In this document: piece by piece, positions 58,823 through 64,000 of the stretch | How positions within the stretch are numbered: position 1 is the stretch's first letter | How the letters are laid out: each line of letters begins with the position of its first letter | Assembly: GCA_964230645.1 (NCBI GenBank) | Contig: CAXRHT010000002.1 | Coordinates: 1,632,001 to 1,696,000 of the forward strand | Source of the DNA: Bdellovibrionales bacterium | GTDB taxonomy: Bacteria > Bdellovibrionota > Bdellovibrionia > Bdellovibrionales > JAGQZY01 | Direction of reading: 5' to 3' | DNA: 64,000 nt | Notes under the pieces: model-generated | Seen by the model: the letters and a program-made list of their open reading frames with translations, nothing else | Database searches by the model: none | What the model was told of the DNA's origin: nothing | Program-made: the position numbers and the translations under genes

Positions 58823-59457
58823 AGACACTGGTTGATCAATTCGATCATCTCAGCGGATGTATTGTAATAAGAGCTATTCAGCGATGATGTTAAGTCATCC
58901 AAACAAGGCACTGTCCCTTTATCCGCAGGCGCGCAAGCATTAATCAATTCAAAGAGTTCAGAGCTTGTATTGTAGTAAGAGGAATTAAGTTTACTTTTAG
59001 CAAATCCCACACAGTCCACCCCTTCACTGGCCTGAACCTTTGAACACTGCCCAATAATTTCTATCATCTCTGCACGGGTGTTGTAATAAGAACTATTCAG
59101 AGTATTAAAGCTATCATCCATGCAGAGCACTGTTGCAGGGGTGGCCGCGGAACAGGCATCGGTGAGTTCAAAAAGCTCGCTGGGAGTATTGTATTGGGAA
59201 GAGTTTAGCTTGCCTTTGGCCTCATCAAGACATTCACTGGAGGCGTCCTCTTGGCCAGGTCCCACTTCGCACACATTATCAGCTAAGATATCATTGGTGG
59301 TTACAGTTTTCGTGAAGAATTCACCATTAACAGTTTCACAAACGGCTCGCCACTCGGTGTAGGAAAGCCGAATCAATTTGTCGACCCCATTGAGTTGGGC
59401 GATTGAAATCATTGGGAAAAGTACCATCAATAGTATAAGTGACGTCTTGTTTTTCAT
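58819..59457 (-). CDS. Secreted Cys-containing repeat protein
   Basis: Signal peptide; 4x LNSS(Y/Q)YNTxxE repeat. Confidence 0.8.
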   Translation of the reverse strand: MKNKTSLILLMVLFPMISIAQLNGVDKLIRLSYTEWRAVCETVNGEFFTKTVTTNDILADNVCEVGPGQEDASSECLDEAKGKLNSSQYNTPSELFELTDACSAATPATVLCMDDSFNTLNSSYYNTRAEMIEIIGQCSKVQASEGVDCVGFAKSKLNSSYYNTSSELFELINACAPADKGTVPCLDDLTSSLNSSYYNTSAEMIELINQCL

Positions 59458-59697
59458 GTGAAACTCCTTTGAGAGCTAGAAAGATAGAAGATCCAAACTT
59501 GTTAAAACACAGGATTTCTTTGCAATGAAATTATTATAAGACCTCACGTGTAGAAATCATTACATTGTGCGCTTTTAAAAACTTTCTAAAAGCTCAGTTT
59601 TGAATGAAAAAATCTAGAGTTTTCAGTCCCTCGGCACTAGTTTTTTCGCTAGCTTGGGACAACTTTTTGGGACGAAAACAAACATTGGGGAGGCCAC

Positions 59698-61311
59698 TTG
59701 AGCCGTTTAATTCTACTCATTTTTATATTAGCTCATAGCCAGATCTCTTATTCCAATAACTATCAACTCGCTAAAGAAGTGGGTCGGCAAGATTCTGGTG
59801 ACTTTCTTCTTTTAGAAAATCTCTTGGAGGAGAATCAGTTTCAAAGCCCTCTGGAGTTTCTGCAGTTTTGGAAATCGACAAAGCCTGAATATTTCGAAAA
59901 CTATGTGCTCGCTTACAGAAGTCGAAGTCTACAACAAGCTGACTTTTTAAGGCCACGAGCTCTTATCTTTAATGAAAATGCCGACATGATTATGGCCTTC
60001 AATGGTCACGAACAACACGAAGGTTATGATGCCGTTGAAATGGTTCGCTTTAATCACGACAACAAGGCTTTTGAATTTTACGAGTTGAACTTTAACGACA
60101 ACCAAGCCCAACTCTCCGGGCCCAACCCCCAAAAATGTATGGTCTGCCACCAGGCCACCAGTCGTAGTAATTTAGATCCTCGCCCCAATTGGGAACCCTA
60201 TAATATGTGGCCTGGATTTTATGGTAGCATTGATGATGACACTGATCTCAGACGTGACAGTGGCCACTTTCGTCGAGAGATGGAAGACTCAGGTGATGAG
60301 TTCTTACTGGATGAAGTGGATGTAGAGCCCGAAATGTTTTACCAATTTTCCTCCTATGTTCAGCCCGAACATGAACGTTACTCTCTTCTAAGTCAGAGCA
60401 CTATTGACCAATATGGCCGAGAAGAAACTTTGAATGGTGATTTAACCAACCGTCTTGCCGTTTTGAATTTTCAAAGAGTGGCAAGGATTATAAGAACAGA
60501 GCATCCTGAACTTTACGAAATTGTAAAGTGGACTGTTTATGGTCACGCCCGCTGTGGACGAAAACTTTTTATGAAAAAAGAGGCCGCGCGCTGGCTTTAC
60601 GAGAAAGTCGGTGGTTTAGATTTCCAACGCTTCGAAGAGGCCGCTGCTGAAATGGACAACCGACGAGTTGTTTATGGCGAGGGACCTGATGGCAGACGAT
60701 CGGCTTCAGCCGCTTATCGTCCACCTGTGCGCGATTTTTATAATATTCGCACCACCTATCTTATCGATATTCTTTTCGAGGCTTTTGGAGTGAACACCTC
60801 GGACTGGTCCATGGACTTTAAAACTTCCGGAGGGCGCTTTTCAGCCTTCGAAAGATTTGGTGTGACCAATGAGCCCGGACCTCCCTGGGTCTATGCCATC
60901 CGCTATGAATTTGCTAATGATCCTGATTTCGCCGATGAAGAGTCTTTTTCTTGTGATAAAGCGAAACAAAAAAGCCTTGAGGTATTTCCAGATCTGGATA
61001 CCACTCAATCGGTGTGGGCTTCACTGGCTCACCTTCGAGTGGACGCTCCTGAAAAACCCCTTATCCAAAGATGTATCCAATGTCATGTTGATGAAAATTA
61101 CGGACACCTTCCCTATATCCCATTTGATAATGAGGAGGCCTTGAGCGATGCACTTAAGGATCGTGGTTTCCAAAGAGGAACTTTGCTTGAAGAAATTTTA
61201 TTTCGCCTAGGCCCCCATGCCACTCACAGAGAGCAAATGCCACGCGGTCCTGTCCCTACTGATGAAGCCAGGGAAAACTTAATCATTTACCTTGAAAGCT
61301 TAGTCAATTAG
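59698..61311 (+). CDS. Secreted protein with two CXXCH heme-c motifs
   Basis: Signal peptide; CMVCH, CIQCH, QMP. Confidence 0.7.
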   Translation: MSRLILLIFILAHSQISYSNNYQLAKEVGRQDSGDFLLLENLLEENQFQSPLEFLQFWKSTKPEYFENYVLAYRSRSLQQADFLRPRALIFNENADMIMAFNGHEQHEGYDAVEMVRFNHDNKAFEFYELNFNDNQAQLSGPNPQKCMVCHQATSRSNLDPRPNWEPYNMWPGFYGSIDDDTDLRRDSGHFRREMEDSGDEFLLDEVDVEPEMFYQFSSYVQPEHERYSLLSQSTIDQYGREETLNGDLTNRLAVLNFQRVARIIRTEHPELYEIVKWTVYGHARCGRKLFMKKEAARWLYEKVGGLDFQRFEEAAAEMDNRRVVYGEGPDGRRSASAAYRPPVRDFYNIRTTYLIDILFEAFGVNTSDWSMDFKTSGGRFSAFERFGVTNEPGPPWVYAIRYEFANDPDFADEESFSCDKAKQKSLEVFPDLDTTQSVWASLAHLRVDAPEKPLIQRCIQCHVDENYGHLPYIPFDNEEALSDALKDRGFQRGTLLEEILFRLGPHATHREQMPRGPVPTDEARENLIIYLESLVN

Positions 61312-61331
61312 ACGGGTTTCAATTATAAACT

Positions 61332-61363
61332 CCCCTCCGACGGTCCTCGGAAAGACGGAGGGA
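61332..61363. terminator. Hairpin between convergent genes
   Basis: CCCTCCG...CGGAGGG. Confidence 0.5.
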
Positions 61364-61375
61364 TAATCAAAACTC

Positions 61376-64000
61376 TTAGGACTCTTCTTGAGTAATCGCT
61401 CTAGCACCAAGGTTTCCATATCGATGGTATTGGTGAGAAATGGCTTGCTCTTCAAAGAAGTTGAGAAGCTCCACCCTTCCCTCCATCATCGGAGGCTGCC
61501 TAACAATAAAAGTAAGAGCTTCGGCGGCTTTTTGAAAAACGAACTCTGAAATGTTTTCCTGTTTGGCGTACATGATTCTATCCACTTCAGGGAAACTTTT
61601 CGCGAAATCAGCTTCTGATTCCCTTCTCATAAAATCATCTTCTTTTAATATTTTCTGAGAATAACGGAATAGAAATTGTGCCACCTTGTTATTGAGGTTT
61701 TCCTCAAGGCTGACTCGAATTCGTACTCCACAGACCTTCGCAGCTAAGATTCTCGCCATGGATTCAAATAAGCTGTCGCCATCGCAAACTCGAATAGTGA
61801 CATATTTCAGTTTTAAGTAACGAAAAATATTGTCCTCTCCACGCAACTTAAAGAAGTCTCTTTCCTTGGTGAACTCTTTTTCCAAGTTGTACATATAGCT
61901 CTGAAGAGCGGCCTGTAGTTTGCCTATGTCTTCCGACATTTCTGCAAATCGAGAATCCGTGTCCCAGCGATCGGCAAGTTTTACAAGTTTGCTTGAGCGC
62001 AGCTCGGGAACATGAGGCTTTCTTAGCTCTTTAAAGTTCATAAATTGACTGATGTAGTTGAAGTACCCAACTTTCCGGCCAGCTCCAATCGCAGACTTAC
62101 CAAGTCCTCCGAAAGGCTGCCTTAAAACGATGGCCCCTGTGGTTCCTCGGTTTACATAAAGATTCCCGGCTCGTAGGTTCTTCTTCCAGTAATCCACTTC
62201 GCGGTCATCTAAGGATTCAATTCCTGAAGTGAGGCCATAGCCGGTGGCATTTACAATTTCAACGGCATGCTTTAAATCATCCGCTCTCATAACAGCCAAA
62301 CAGGGACCAAAGAGTTCAGTCATATGACAAAAAGCCCCTTCTTTCACTCCCCACTTGATACTGGGTTTTAACATATACTCATTGTGGTCAGCGTATTCTG
62401 GTTTAAGAACCCAACTCTCACCCTCTTCAAGATGTTCAAGAGCCCATTTCAGATCCCCTGTCACAGGGCCGGCCATTGTTCCAATGCGATTTTTAAAATC
62501 CCAAACGGAGCCCACTTCTAAACTTTGAGCGGCATCGACAAGAGCGTCTCTAAATTTTCGGTCAAAATATATTTCGTTTTCCAAAATAAGCAGAGAGGTC
62601 GCTGAACACTTTTGACCACTGTTTGAAAAGGCCGAGTGAATAACATTCTTGATAGCCTGCTCGCGATCCGCCATGGCTGTAACAATCGTCGCATCCTTTC
62701 CTCCGGTCTCAGCCGTGAGGTAAAGGTTAGGACGAGCCTCAAGCATTTTTTGAGCTGTGGACTCCCCACCTGTGAGGATAACAAAATCAATTCTATCGTC
62801 TTTAATAAGATGTTCACCAGCCAGTGAGCCTGGGCAAGGAACAAACTGCAGAGTATTTTTACTTACTCCTGCGTCCCAGAAACATTTACACAATTCATAG
62901 GCACACATCACGGCATTGGAAGCAGGCTTGATTATGGCCGTGTTTCCGGCTGCCAAAGTGGCTGCAATTCCCCCAAGCGGAATAGCAATAGGAAAGTTCC
63001 AGGGTGGTACAACAAGTCCAATACCCTTTCCTTCAAACTCTAAATTTTTATGAGCCTCATAGTGCCGCGTACTCTCTGAGTAAAACTCAAGAAAGTCGAC
63101 GGCTTCACTGACTTCCACATCGGTTTCGGTAAAAACTTTTCCAACCTCGGCGGCGGCCACCCCGATAAGATCACCTCTTCGTTTTCTCACTTCGATCGCA
63201 ACATTGGATAAAATCTCATGGCGCTGACGGCGTGTAAGTTTTCTCCATTTGTCTGGATCTTCGGCGGCCACATCCACGGCTTGTTTTAAATCATCCGCAT
63301 TCGCCTTGGCGTATTGGCCGGCATCCACTTTCAAATGAAGCTGAGATTTGTCCGGCCGTTTTTCCACTTCACGTTCACCAATACGATCTTCACCAGCTAC
63401 AACGGTTGGGATGGTCTCTAGCTCATCGCCAGGACTCTTCATCCACTTTTCTCTGATTTTTTCAGCCCACCTCTGGTTGGCTTCCAAGATAAAATCGGTA
63501 TCCGGTTCATTGGTAAAGTTATAGGTATGGAATGTTCCTTCTTTGTAGTCATCCCAGTGCTCATCCATACGATTTTGTCTTCTCTTTTGACCAATAAACA
63601 AACCATCTCGGTTATCAAAAGAATCGATGAAATTTTGTTTGAGCATTTCCCACTCTTTACTGTCGGTGGTTAAACCAAAAGAGTAGCGAATAAAGTTATC
63701 TTCACTGGTGTTTTCATCCAAGCGGCGAACGAGATAGGCAATCGCATTGGTGAACTGCTCCTTCCCAGCGATCGGAGCGTAAAGAATAAGATTTTGACCT
63801 GAGACTTCTTTAATAGCAACCCTGGCCGCTTCACTCATTCCCTCAAGCATTTCGATGGAGAAATATTGCATCACATCGTAGTGCTTGGCGAGCTCAAGAG
63901 CATAGGCCAGCTCGAAGAGATTGTGTGAGGCAGCTCCTAAATGAACCGCCTTGGCGTTCTCAGGCTTTAAGGCGTATTCGGCCATAATCTTATAGTTACT
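61376..64000 (-). CDS. putA: Bifunctional proline dehydrogenase/P5C dehydrogenase, 3' part
   Basis: ASHNL, AYLVRRLDEN; PWNFP, ETGGK, SGQKCSA, ELFGP; frame stays open to the window end (SNYKIM). Confidence 0.93.
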   Translation of the reverse strand, partial: SNYKIMAEYALKPENAKAVHLGAASHNLFELAYALELAKHYDVMQYFSIEMLEGMSEAARVAIKEVSGQNLILYAPIAGKEQFTNAIAYLVRRLDENTSEDNFIRYSFGLTTDSKEWEMLKQNFIDSFDNRDGLFIGQKRRQNRMDEHWDDYKEGTFHTYNFTNEPDTDFILEANQRWAEKIREKWMKSPGDELETIPTVVAGEDRIGEREVEKRPDKSQLHLKVDAGQYAKANADDLKQAVDVAAEDPDKWRKLTRRQRHEILSNVAIEVRKRRGDLIGVAAAEVGKVFTETDVEVSEAVDFLEFYSESTRHYEAHKNLEFEGKGIGLVVPPWNFPIAIPLGGIAATLAAGNTAIIKPASNAVMCAYELCKCFWDAGVSKNTLQFVPCPGSLAGEHLIKDDRIDFVILTGGESTAQKMLEARPNLYLTAETGGKDATIVTAMADREQAIKNVIHSAFSNSGQKCSATSLLILENEIYFDRKFRDALVDAAQSLEVGSVWDFKNRIGTMAGPVTGDLKWALEHLEEGESWVLKPEYADHNEYMLKPSIKWGVKEGAFCHMTELFGPCLAVMRADDLKHAVEIVNATGYGLTSGIESLDDREVDYWKKNLRAGNLYVNRGTTGAIVLRQPFGGLGKSAIGAGRKVGYFNYISQFMNFKELRKPHVPELRSSKLVKLADRWDTDSRFAEMSEDIGKLQAALQSYMYNLEKEFTKERDFFKLRGEDNIFRYLKLKYVTIRVCDGDSLFESMARILAAKVCGVRIRVSLEENLNNKVAQFLFRYSQKILKEDDFMRRESEADFAKSFPEVDRIMYAKQENISEFVFQKAAEALTFIVRQPPMMEGRVELLNFFEEQAISHQYHRYGNLGARAITQEES

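Noticed and set aside
58819..59457. Diversity-generating retroelement TR/VR pair
   Set aside because: Repeats are in-frame protein repeats, differences are not adenine-specific, and there is no reverse transcriptase in the window
61376..63985. putA as a truncated gene or pseudogene
   Set aside because: The frame is open to the window edge, so the missing N-terminus lies outside the window

Overview
Gene-dense, AT-leaning bacterial chromosomal region with no rRNA, tRNA, CRISPR array, prophage or transposase that I can see. Gene content points to a Bdellovibrionota-like predator (inference): a ZZ-finger histone-fold protein, FxNC-type lipoproteins and many orphan secreted proteins. Recognisable genes include csaA, radD, yciH, yajQ, uup, map, apaG, monomeric icd, the 3' part of putA, two ECF sigma modules, a two-component cluster and glutathione/iron stress genes. 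The most notable items are: (1) a bacterial histone with an N-terminal zinc finger (58325-58822); (2) a 155-bp palindromic element (26417-26571) whose upstream gene switches to almost exclusively C/A-ending codons over its last ~200 nt; (3) three YGTC-tagged palindromic repeat loci whose outer ends carry tandem, outward-decaying duplications, one of them nested; (4) a circularly permuted RimK-like ATP-grasp ligase paired with an M14 deacylase; (5) a leaderless XRE-TerB regulator heading an NfeD-SPFH operon; (6) an ArsS-like radical SAM enzyme with an atypical glycosyltransferase and a GST. All family calls come from reading motifs by eye; no database search was run.
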